In this document: positions 8,505 through 16,166 of the stretch, piece by piece
Layout: the number at the start of each line of letters is the position of its first letter
Position numbering within the stretch: position 1 is the stretch's first letter
Origin: Ignicoccus pacificus DSM 13166
GTDB taxonomy: Archaea > Thermoproteota > Thermoprotei_A > Sulfolobales > Ignicoccaceae
Direction: 5' to 3'
DNA: 32,000 nt
NCBI GenBank assembly: GCA_025340205.1
Contig: CP006868.1
Location: 90,001 to 122,000, forward strand
Made by a program: the position numbers and the translations under genes
Notes under the pieces: generated by a model
The model's input: the letters and a program-made list of their open reading frames with translations, nothing else
What the model was told of the DNA's origin: nothing
The model's database searches: none

Positions 8505-9265
8505 AGGCGCTGGTAGCTCTGGGAACCACACTGGTTTTGTTCATTCTGGTACCACTAATAGTTACCTTCATTAGTGTAAATCCGAAGACGTTCGAAGGAA
8601 TATACTCAAACGATTACTTGAGGAGTCAACTCTTAGGAGCCATCGTAACCACCTTCGAGGCATCTGCCATAGCCATCTTGATACTTCTGATTACCGGAGT
8701 TCCAATAGCTTACGTGCTTTCGAGAAAGGATTTTCCTCTGAAGAACTTTGTTGAGTCTGTGTTGGATTTGCCTATGGTAATCCCTCACAGCGTAGCCGGG
8801 ATAATGATCCTCTTAGCCTACGCCTCTGGGCCCTTAGGAGGCGTTCTAAGACAAATATCATTGAACATAGTTGATAGTATTTACGGCACCATAGCGGTAA
8901 TGGTATTTGTAGGAGCGCCCTTCCTTGTTAACACCGTTAGAAGAGGCTTCGATAGTATTCCCAGAAGCGCGGAGCTCGTGGCTAGAAGTTTAGGAGCCTC
9001 AAAATATCAAACTTTCTTGAAGATATCACTGCCTATGGTAAAAAGAAACATACTGACCGGCACCATACTAGCGTGGGCTAGGGGAATAAGCGAGGTAGGA
9101 GCCTTACTCATCGTGGCGTATAATCCTATGACTTTAAGCGTGCTTGTTTATGATTGGTACACAACTTTGGGCCTTAACTATGCATTGAGCGTCACGCTGA
9201 TTATGTTAATACTTTCAATTGTAGTATTCATAGCATTGAGAAGGCTAGAGGGTGGGGAACTGTGA
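8501..9265 (+). CDS. wtpB: ABC transporter permease, molybdate/tungstate (WtpB/ModB)-type
   Basis: 254 aa, multiple TM segments, EAA-like loop VARSLGASKYQTFLKISLPMVKRNILTGTILAWARGISEVGALLIVAYNP. Substrate assignment is less certain than the family. Confidence 0.75.
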   Translation: MKALVALGTTLVLFILVPLIVTFISVNPKTFEGIYSNDYLRSQLLGAIVTTFEASAIAILILLITGVPIAYVLSRKDFPLKNFVESVLDLPMVIPHSVAGIMILLAYASGPLGGVLRQISLNIVDSIYGTIAVMVFVGAPFLVNTVRRGFDSIPRSAELVARSLGASKYQTFLKISLPMVKRNILTGTILAWARGISEVGALLIVAYNPMTLSVLVYDWYTTLGLNYALSVTLIMLILSIVVFIALRRLEGGEL

Positions 9266-9975
9266 TAAAGGTAGAGGATCTTGTGATAGAACTAAAGGGA
9301 TTTACTCTTAAAGTAGAAGAATTCGAGGCTAAGAGGAACGAATACGTAATAATTATGGGTGCTTCGGGTACCGGAAAGAGTGTTTTCGTTGAGGGAATAG
9401 CTGGTTTCTTGAAGCCCAAAAGGGGGAGAATAGTAATTGATGGAAAGGATGTAACTTACCTCCCTCCAGAGAAGAGGGGTATAGCTATAGTTCCTCAGGA
9501 TCACGGCCTTTGGCCTCACATGAGCGTCTACGAAAACATAGCATTCCCCCTTAGAATAAGGAAGGTGAATGAGAACGAGATAAGGAGAAACGTCAAGGAG
9601 TTAGCAGAGAGATTAAACATAGAACACCTCCTCAATAGAAGCCCCTCTAAGCTCTCTGGAGGAGAGAGACAGAGGGTGGCGCTCGCTCGAGCGTTGATAA
9701 TAAGACCTCAAGTGCTACTGCTAGACGAACCTACCTCTTCCCTGGATCCTAAGACCCGGAAGGCAGCTCTAGAGCTGTTAAAGATGATTAAAGGAAGTGT
9801 AACTGTTGTCCACGTAACTCACAATCCCTATGAAGCTTTAGTGCTTGGTGACAAGATAGCTGTAATGAATAGAGGAAGATTAGGAAGACCCAAAGATCCG
9901 AGGGAGGTGTTGCTGAATGAGTTATCTTACTATGTGGATGAGATAAGGGAAGCAACTTCCTTGATCGGCCTCTAA
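9262..9975 (+). CDS. wtpC: ABC transporter ATP-binding protein, molybdate/tungstate (WtpC/ModC)-type
   Basis: Walker A GASGTGKSVF, Q-loop VPQDHGLWPHMSVYENIAFPL, signature LSGGERQRVALARAL, Walker B VLLLDEPTSSLD. Overlaps the permease stop by 4 nt. Confidence 0.82.
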   Translation: MIKVEDLVIELKGFTLKVEEFEAKRNEYVIIMGASGTGKSVFVEGIAGFLKPKRGRIVIDGKDVTYLPPEKRGIAIVPQDHGLWPHMSVYENIAFPLRIRKVNENEIRRNVKELAERLNIEHLLNRSPSKLSGGERQRVALARALIIRPQVLLLDEPTSSLDPKTRKAALELLKMIKGSVTVVHVTHNPYEALVLGDKIAVMNRGRLGRPKDPREVLLNELSYYVDEIREATSLIGL

Positions 9976-10015
9976 TTCAATAGAGCGCGTTGATAACTAA
10001 ATCTGGGATCCTCCT

Positions 10016-10702
10016 ATGATAGATTTAGGTCCCGTTCTGCTTAGTTGGCTGGGTCATGATGGCTTTAAGATCATAGATAAGAATAGCGGCCTTAGGGTGG
10101 CAACGGATCCTTTTAGGATAGCCAAGGGAAGCGACGACGTAGCGGATCTAGTGTTTATAACTCATGAACACTTCGACCATTGTAGCCCCAACGACCTAGC
10201 GAAGATAGTATCTCCAGAGACAGTGATTGTCGCTCCCGAGATCTGTGAGGAGTGTCTGGCCCCTTTTGATCTAGAGAAGGTATTTGTACGCCCCCTAGTT
10301 AAGGGCAACGTTGGCTCCATTCCCTTTTACACTATACCCGCGTATAACGTGAACAAGTTCAGAGCCCCCGGCGTAGTCTTCCATCCGAAGGAGGACGGAA
10401 GGGTAGGCTACGTCTTCGAGGTCGGCGGAATAAGATTCTATCATGCTGGAGACACAGATGTCATTCCCGAAATGGAAATGGTTGAGGCTGATGTAGCTCT
10501 CTTGCCAGTATCTGGGGTCTACGTGATGACTCCCGAAGAAGCCGTGGAGGCGTTAAAACTCATGAAGGGAGTTAAGGTGGCAATTCCCATGCACTGGGGA
10601 ACCATAGTAGGGGACTTAAGCAATGCTTTGAGATTCAAGGAGCTCGTTGAGGCAGAAGGGCTGGACGTACAAGTAATAATACCTGAAAGGGAGCCCTGGT
10701 AA
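10016..10702 (+). CDS. Metallo-beta-lactamase fold hydrolase (UPF0173-like)
   Basis: ADLVFITHEHFDHCSPNDLAK, GIRFYHAGDTDVIPEM, VALLPVSGVYVMTPEEAVEA, KVAIPMHWG motifs. Confidence 0.85.
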   Translation: MIDLGPVLLSWLGHDGFKIIDKNSGLRVATDPFRIAKGSDDVADLVFITHEHFDHCSPNDLAKIVSPETVIVAPEICEECLAPFDLEKVFVRPLVKGNVGSIPFYTIPAYNVNKFRAPGVVFHPKEDGRVGYVFEVGGIRFYHAGDTDVIPEMEMVEADVALLPVSGVYVMTPEEAVEALKLMKGVKVAIPMHWGTIVGDLSNALRFKELVEAEGLDVQVIIPEREPW

Positions 10703-10705
10703 AAA

Positions 10706-11188
10706 TTAGAGCATCTTCAAAACCAGCTCGTTAATCTTTTCTCCTCTATAGCCGGCTTCGCCGTAGCTTCCGTACGGCCTCTTGATGCTCCTCCTGAAGC
10801 CTCCTCTAGGCGGATGAAGTCTAAACACGGGTTTGATGGCATCTTGTTTGTGGAACTTTATCTCTCCGCTTATTATCTTCTCAGCTAGCTCCTCGAAGCT
10901 TTCAACTCCGAACTTTTCCTTGATGTACTCCTTCGTTAGCCTCTTGTTCCCAGGTGCTCTACCCCTGACCTCTAGTAACTTAGCCAAGGTCTCCTTATTT
11001 ACCTCGCCCCAAGTGATCCACGCTTGGGCTCTTCTCAACATTCCCTCTATTCCGGGTAAGTCTGCTGGGTATATGGTGGCATGGAACCTCTTGTGTAGTC
11101 TCAAGTTCTCGAGAGTCTTCCTAACGTAAGGGGGAGCGTCGGGCTCTCCCTTGATCCTTATTATTAAGTAAACCTTCTTCTCACTCAT
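10706..11188 (-). CDS. rpl30: 50S ribosomal protein L30 (uL30)
   Basis: 160 aa; YLIIRIKGEPDAPPYVRKTLENLRLHKRFHATIYP...LLEVRGRAPGNKRLT, C-terminal LHPPRGGFRRSIKRPYGSYGEAGY: archaeal uL30. Confidence 0.93.
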   Translation of the reverse strand: MSEKKVYLIIRIKGEPDAPPYVRKTLENLRLHKRFHATIYPADLPGIEGMLRRAQAWITWGEVNKETLAKLLEVRGRAPGNKRLTKEYIKEKFGVESFEELAEKIISGEIKFHKQDAIKPVFRLHPPRGGFRRSIKRPYGSYGEAGYRGEKINELVLKML

Positions 11189-11199
11189 TATATATCACC

Positions 11200-11871
11200 T
11201 CACTCCTCTTGAGGTCTAACCCAGTCCCAAGGGGCTAGGAAGCGATAAGTCTGTTTGAGGGCCTCTAGGGTAGCCTTAGCGAAGTTGTGAGTGGTTCTGG
11301 TCTCTCCCTCGGTGTGGGTCCAGACGTCCTTGACACCGGCATACCTTAGGACGGTCTTGGCTACGTTACCAGCTACTAGACCGGTTCCTCTAGGAGCGGG
11401 CTTTAGCGTAATCCTCACGCTGCCGCTCTTACCGGTGACGGTGAAGGGGACGCTATGGGGCTCTCCACAAGTACACTCCCAGCTGCCACAGCCCCTTCTT
11501 ACGGGAACTATGTTCAGTTTGGCGTTGGTTAGGGCCTTCTGAATGGCGAACCTCATTTGCCTAGCCTTTCCGGTTCCGAGACCAACTAGACCGTTCTCGT
11601 TCCCTATTACCACCAACACCCTTAACCTGGTTACCCTACCGGCGTCGGTCACCTTCTGGACCAGGGTGACGTCTAGGACCTCGTGCTTTAGGTCAGGAAC
11701 TAAGTAATCTACGATCTCGGGCTCTAGGATGGGTAAGTTCTTTTCGAAGAGCTCGTAGATGCTGGTTATCTTGCCCTCTTTGACCATCCTCCCTACTCTG
11801 GTCTTGGGAACCCACTCCTCCAAGCTTACCGGCTGCGCCACTCTGACACTCATCTTCGCATCCCCCCTCAA
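11200..11871 (-). CDS. rps5: 30S ribosomal protein S5 (uS5)
   Basis: [69 protein letters not shown]: archaeal S5. Confidence 0.96.
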   Translation of the reverse strand: MRGDAKMSVRVAQPVSLEEWVPKTRVGRMVKEGKITSIYELFEKNLPILEPEIVDYLVPDLKHEVLDVTLVQKVTDAGRVTRLRVLVVIGNENGLVGLGTGKARQMRFAIQKALTNAKLNIVPVRRGCGSWECTCGEPHSVPFTVTGKSGSVRITLKPAPRGTGLVAGNVAKTVLRYAGVKDVWTHTEGETRTTHNFAKATLEALKQTYRFLAPWDWVRPQEE

Positions 11872-12476
11872 GCGCTCTGGGCTTGCTTATAGTCTTCGAG
11901 TATCTTCGATTTGACCTCTTCGAAGTGCTCTACGTAGTTCTCTGGTGCGAATCCCTTCTTCAGCAAGGTCGCGAACCTCTTATTGTACTCCTCGGGGTTG
12001 TTTTCCTTTAGCATCTTGGCATACTCCGCTATGTGCTCTCCCTTGATCCTCTCCTCGCTGGGGACGACTTCCTCTCCCACCGGTACCTCTAATCCAGCGT
12101 CGTTGGCGGCCTTGATCGCTGCGAAGATCCTAGCACCCTTGGTGGGCTTGTGTAAGCCTATGTCCGGGGCAGCGTAGCTTATTCCGGCCTTCTTCGCCCT
12201 TAGCGCTGCTAGTAGACCGGTTAGGTATACGGCCGGTAAGGAGTTACCAGAACCCTTCCAGCCGTACTTCTTCTCAAGTTCTCTTGAATGAGCAGCAGCT
12301 ATTACCTTGTCTCCTTCGGGAGCCACCTCTATAACTTGTACCCATACGTACTTGTTAGACTTCCTTACCACGAACCTCGGGTGTCTGCTCAGGACCATTC
12401 TGTACCTCTTGTGATAGTCGGTCTTTCCTTCTCTTCTCCTCCTTCTAGGTACCCTATACCTTGGACCGTGTGCCAT
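11868..12476 (-). CDS. rpl18: 50S ribosomal protein L18 (uL18)
   Basis: [51 protein letters not shown]: archaeal/eukaryal L5/L18. Confidence 0.96.
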   Translation of the reverse strand: MAHGPRYRVPRRRRREGKTDYHKRYRMVLSRHPRFVVRKSNKYVWVQVIEVAPEGDKVIAAAHSRELEKKYGWKGSGNSLPAVYLTGLLAALRAKKAGISYAAPDIGLHKPTKGARIFAAIKAANDAGLEVPVGEEVVPSEERIKGEHIAEYAKMLKENNPEEYNKRFATLLKKGFAPENYVEHFEEVKSKILEDYKQAQSA

Positions 12477-12477
12477 G

Positions 12478-12930
12478 TTACCTCACCTCTATGCCGTACC
12501 TATCCCTCAAGTGAGTCTTGAGGTCCCTCAAGCTCTCGAATTCTCCTCCCTTTGCCTTCCTGTAGAGCTCTCTATAGGTCCTCCTGTCTATTACTTCATG
12601 ATCCCTTAGGTACCTTAGGAACCTCCTTATCTTCCTTATCCTATGCATCCAAGCTTCCTTGGGATCTAGCCTCGCCGAGGCCTTACCCTTCCTCTTTCCG
12701 TATCCCCTTCTCCTACCCTTCTTCCTTTGCTCATGCCTTACCTTCCACCTTACCCTGGAGTTACCTTTCTTGGGTTCTACCTTGATTATGCCCTCGTCTA
12801 TCAGCCTTCTGATGTCGTTCTTGGAGACGACCTCTTCTAGTTCTCCGAGTCTCTTGGAATCTATCCATACTCTGCTTTCCCCGACGCCGAGTATGTCCGC
12901 GGCCATACGGGCTATCTTGTCAGCCCTCAC
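12478..12930 (-). CDS. rpl19e: 50S ribosomal protein L19e (eL19)
   Basis: [98 protein letters not shown]. Confidence 0.96.
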   Translation of the reverse strand: MRADKIARMAADILGVGESRVWIDSKRLGELEEVVSKNDIRRLIDEGIIKVEPKKGNSRVRWKVRHEQRKKGRRRGYGKRKGKASARLDPKEAWMHRIRKIRRFLRYLRDHEVIDRRTYRELYRKAKGGEFESLRDLKTHLRDRYGIEVR

Positions 12931-13367
12931 TGCTCAACACCCCCGTTCGCAACCCTTATGCCCAGTTCTTTAGCCCTCTTCAGTATGAGAGCCCTCTTCC
13001 TCTTACCAACGGAGGAAGCTATGTAAACTATGTGCTTCTCCTTATCGACCTTCTCTAGCTCTTTTACGTTGTGTACTATCACTGGTTCAAGTCCGCTTGG
13101 GTGAAGCCCCCTTACCTCCTTCGGAGTCCTGTATCCTATCTTCACTATCGGCGGGTAACCCTTGAGCTGTAGCCTGGACTTGTTGTCGTTGCCCTTAGGC
13201 TTTCTCCACTTGTAACCCCTCTCTAGCCTGAAGTATCTCCACCAATGATACCTTATGAACTCCGGTAAGTCGTTCCTTACTTTTACCGCCTTCTTCATAG
13301 CCTTCCTCTTCTTCCTCAGCTCGGCGAGGGCAGCCTTCCTCTTTTGCATAGCTTCTTGCAAGTCCAT
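12927..13367 (-). CDS. rpl32e: 50S ribosomal protein L32e (eL32)
   Basis: PEFIRYHWWRYFRLERGYKWRKPKGNDNKSRLQLKGYPPIVKIGYRTPKEVRGLHPSG. Confidence 0.95.
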   Translation of the reverse strand: MDLQEAMQKRKAALAELRKKRKAMKKAVKVRNDLPEFIRYHWWRYFRLERGYKWRKPKGNDNKSRLQLKGYPPIVKIGYRTPKEVRGLHPSGLEPVIVHNVKELEKVDKEKHIVYIASSVGKRKRALILKRAKELGIRVANGGVEQ

Positions 13368-13927
13368 TACGCAGCCACCTCCCTCTGGTAGATGTAGATA
13401 CCGTCCATGAAGACCCTCCTATCGAAGTCTTTAATTTTGGTTGCTTGTTCTATGTTAGCAGCGGTCTGAGCCACCTTCTCCAAATCAATTCCTTCTATGA
13501 CAAGCTCCTTGCCTTTTACTTGTACCTTTACTCCGGGCAATATCTTAGCCTTCCTGGGAGCCTTCTCTCCTATGAAGTTGTGAATCTCGACGGTATCTCC
13601 CACTACCTTAACGTTTATAGGGAAGTGAGAGAACACTATCTTCATCTTATACCTCCAACCCTTTGTTACTCCAGTTATCATGTTCTCTATATGGGCAGCA
13701 ATGGTGTTCACTAAGGCCTTCCTCTTTCTGTTAGCGAAGAAGGTCTCTACGAGTACCTTCTTCCCCTCTTCGTCTTCAATGGTTCTTATCCTTATTCCCT
13801 TTGCATGTGAGAAGTCCCTCTCTAAGGTTCCCTTGGGGCCGCTGACCTTTACCTTAGATCCCTCTATCTCCACCGTCACGTTTTCGGGTATGTTGACGGT
13901 GGCGTGTACCCACACGGTTCTAGCCAT
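13367..13927 (-). CDS. rpl6: 50S ribosomal protein L6 (uL6)
   Basis: VHATVNIPENVTVEIEGSKVKVSGPKGTLERDF, NMITGVTKGWRYKMKIVFSHFPINVKVVGDTVEIHNFIGEKAPR. Confidence 0.96.
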   Translation of the reverse strand: MARTVWVHATVNIPENVTVEIEGSKVKVSGPKGTLERDFSHAKGIRIRTIEDEEGKKVLVETFFANRKRKALVNTIAAHIENMITGVTKGWRYKMKIVFSHFPINVKVVGDTVEIHNFIGEKAPRKAKILPGVKVQVKGKELVIEGIDLEKVAQTAANIEQATKIKDFDRRVFMDGIYIYQREVAA

Positions 13928-14005
13928 TTTCGCTAACCCCGACCGGGGAGGAGGAAAGGGGATTTAAGGACTGTTTGTATTCCGTTAGTGAACGAAGGTA
14001 AGGAT

Positions 14006-14093
14006 TGGTGCGGGGGGTGGGATTTGAACCCACGCAGGCCTACGCCATCGGGTCCTAAGCCCGACCCCTTTGACCAGGCTCGGGCACCCCCGC
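14006..14093 (-). tRNA. tRNA-Leu, anticodon TAG, with encoded CCA, no intron
   Basis: Minus strand GCGGGGGTGCCCGAGCCTGGTCAAAGGGGTCGGGCTTAGGACCCGATGGCGTAGGCCTGCGTGGGTTCAAATCCCACCCCCCGCACCA. Acceptor stem GCGGGGG/CCCCCGC, anticodon arm TCGGG-CTTAGGA-CCCGA, T-arm GTGGG-TTCAAAT-CCCAC, long variable arm. Confidence 0.97.
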
Positions 14094-14106
14094 ACGGGCC
14101 ATGAGC

Positions 14107-15402
14107 TCACTTGAGCAGAGGATTAATAAGCTTTGAATTGCCGGGTCGCGAAGCTCTCGGAGGTCTTACCTTGATCCTCCCTTCCTCTATCATCTTTACT
14201 ATTTCCCAAGCGATCCTCTCTTGCTGAAGCCACTGCCCCCATCCCTTACCCTCTCCCACGAGCTTTGCTACTTCCTTTCTTATTTTAGGAGGTAACCTAG
14301 TTGGCTTGAAGAACGTGAAGGGGGTGCCGGGAAGGGGCATGAAATAATGGAGATGTGCCCTAGCACCCATGGAGGTGAGTTTCCTCATACCCTTTAGCGT
14401 GGCCTCCATGTCTTCCTCAGTCTCAAAGGGTAAACCCAAGATGAAGTCGACCTCGGGCACGAAGCCATGTTTTACGCTAAGCTCAACAGCGCTAACCACG
14501 TCTTCCCAAGCATGACCTCTATGAAGAATCTTGAGCATCCTGTCGCTGGCACTCTGAGCCCCTATTACTAGCCTCTTGTTGTTCACGTACTTCTTCAAGA
14601 TCCTTATAGACTCTTCCGTCACGAATTCCGGGCGCACCTCGCTGGGAAACGAGCCGAAGAACACCCTAACCCCTATATCCTTCACCTTAGAGAGAAGCTC
14701 TTCGACCTTATCTAGCTCCATTCTAACTCCATCTCCTCCATAGGATAAGGCGTTTGGGGTAACCACCCTCCAGTCTTTTCCTCCTAACTCCTTTAGCTTC
14801 TTTGTATAGAAGATTATCTTATCTATCGAGCGATGACGAGTGATCGCCTTAAACATAAAGGACGTTTGGCAATAGGCGCAAGCGAAGGGACAGCCTCTCG
14901 TTATCTCAATAGGACCGAAATGTCCCCTCCAATAAGGCCAAGGGGGAAAGGAGTCGAGGTCCACGAGCCTCCTTCTTCCCGTGAACTCGTACTCTTCTAG
15001 ATACAGACCCTTGACGTTCCTTATGTCATCATCGACGGCTAGGGCGTATAGCAGTTCTGGTAGCGTTTCTTCTCCCTCGCCGGCTACCACTACGTCAAAG
15101 CCTAAATCCAGAGTACCATAAGGATCCCCGGTCGCATGGGGTCCTCCGGCTATTAGTAGCACTTTACCCTTCAGCTTTAAGATATCGCTAATCAAGTTAT
15201 CGTTAAGCAAGTCAGTAGTGAGTAGGGATACACCTAACACGACCTTCTCGTACTTCCCAATAAAGTTCAAAGAATCGAGGGGGTCATTTACTACTTCTAC
15301 CTTAACGTTCACTATATTAGAGCTTTCAATGGCCGCTACCAAGGCAGCTGTGCTGTACTTAGTGTTCTTCTTGTTTAGATGTAGATATAGCACCTTCTTC
15401 AT
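14107..15402 (-). CDS. B12-binding domain / radical SAM protein
   Basis: 431 aa; IEITRGCPFACAYCQTS is the CxxxCxxC motif. Preceding Rossmann-like region has LLIAGGPHATGDPYGTLDLGFDVVVAGEGEETLPELL. Confidence 0.88.
   Translation of the reverse strand: MKKVLYLHLNKKNTKYSTAALVAAIESSNIVNVKVEVVNDPLDSLNFIGKYEKVVLGVSLLTTDLLNDNLISDILKLKGKVLLIAGGPHATGDPYGTLDLGFDVVVAGEGEETLPELLYALAVDDDIRNVKGLYLEEYEFTGRRRLVDLDSFPPWPYWRGHFGPIEITRGCPFACAYCQTSFMFKAITRHRSIDKIIFYTKKLKELGGKDWRVVTPNALSYGGDGVRMELDKVEELLSKVKDIGVRVFFGSFPSEVRPEFVTEESIRILKKYVNNKRLVIGAQSASDRMLKILHRGHAWEDVVSAVELSVKHGFVPEVDFILGLPFETEEDMEATLKGMRKLTSMGARAHLHYFMPLPGTPFTFFKPTRLPPKIRKEVAKLVGEGKGWGQWLQQERIAWEIVKMIEEGRIKVRPPRASRPGNSKLINPLLK
14121..14130 (-). 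promoter_or_regulatory. Putative TATA box (CTTATTAATC) for tRNA-Leu, inside the 3' end of the radical SAM gene
   Basis: TATA-like sequence about 28-37 bp upstream of the tRNA 5' end on the minus strand. Confidence 0.5.
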
Positions 15403-15404
15403 TT

Positions 15405-15755
15405 TTAGGAACCCTTACCCTTCATTAACTTATATAACTCGATTAATTCCGAGCTGGACTTTGAACTCTTCGTAAGCCTCGATGCCCTCCACTCAGCTAC
15501 GTTACCTAAGCTCTTGTTTAACATGTCCAACACATTCATGTTATCCAAGACCTCTCTTTCTATACCCATGAGGTTCGCCGTTTCCACTTTGATTCTATAA
15601 TAGATCTTACCTATGTTTCTCGCTATTGCTGCTAACCTCTTCTCGTCGGCCACGCCTAGTACTAGTAGGATAGCGAAGAACACTAACGGAAAGTCTCCCG
15701 TTTGTAGTAACAGTATGAATATCACGAAGGCTACTAGTACTGCTAGCGCGTTCAC
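15405..15755 (-). CDS. Small membrane-anchored protein of unknown function
   Basis: 116 aa with two hydrophobic segments at the N-terminus then a soluble tail. Placed 2 nt upstream of the radical SAM gene. Confidence 0.6.
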   Translation of the reverse strand: MNALAVLVAFVIFILLLQTGDFPLVFFAILLVLGVADEKRLAAIARNIGKIYYRIKVETANLMGIEREVLDNMNVLDMLNKSLGNVAEWRASRLTKSSKSSSELIELYKLMKGKGS

Positions 15756-15796
15756 AGTGATTCCCTTTAAAAGGGGCTACATGAGGGTGTAAAAAG

Positions 15797-16090
15797 TCAC
15801 TCACCGCTGAAATTCTCCAAGAAGATATCACGATAGTAATCTTGGAGCATCTCCTTTTCCTCCTCGGTTAGTGCCTTCCTCTCCTCGCTGACCTCCACTA
15901 CCTTGGAAGTCGTAGGGATGTGCTTTTCTTTTTCAACAGTCCTCACTATCCTGCCCTTGCCCTTAGGCTCCATCTCGTAACCACACTTTGGACACTTGAG
16001 GACAACCTTACCGTCCTTTCTTACTACGGTCATTAGCGACTTACACCTGGGGCAAAAGGCTACGCTCAATTCGCTCCTCCACCACTGCAC
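15797..16090 (-). CDS. TFS/RPB9-like protein with N-terminal zinc ribbon only
   Basis: 97 aa; AFCPRCKSLMTVVRKDGKVVLKCPKCGYE, EKEKHIPTTSKVVEV typical of archaeal TFS linker. No second C-terminal zinc ribbon. Confidence 0.75.
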   Translation of the reverse strand: MQWWRSELSVAFCPRCKSLMTVVRKDGKVVLKCPKCGYEMEPKGKGRIVRTVEKEKHIPTTSKVVEVSEERKALTEEEKEMLQDYYRDIFLENFSGE

Positions 16091-16109
16091 AACATACTCT
16101 TAGAGAGGG

Positions 16110-16117
16110 TTAAAAAG
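16110..16117 (+). promoter_or_regulatory. Candidate TATA box (TTAAAAAG) upstream of moeA
   Basis: A/T-rich octamer about 50 bp before the TTG start and about 25 bp before a hairpin at 16139-16163. Confidence 0.4.
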
Positions 16118-16166
16118 TATCACGAGGATTTAGAAGGCCTCGCAAGAAGTCCTTCTGGGCGAGCAC

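Noticed and set aside
13680-13967. Plus-strand ORFs of 60-110 aa inside the ribosomal protein cluster (10833-13967)
   Set aside because: All are antisense to unambiguous ribosomal protein genes with Ser/Leu/Pro-rich shadow composition.
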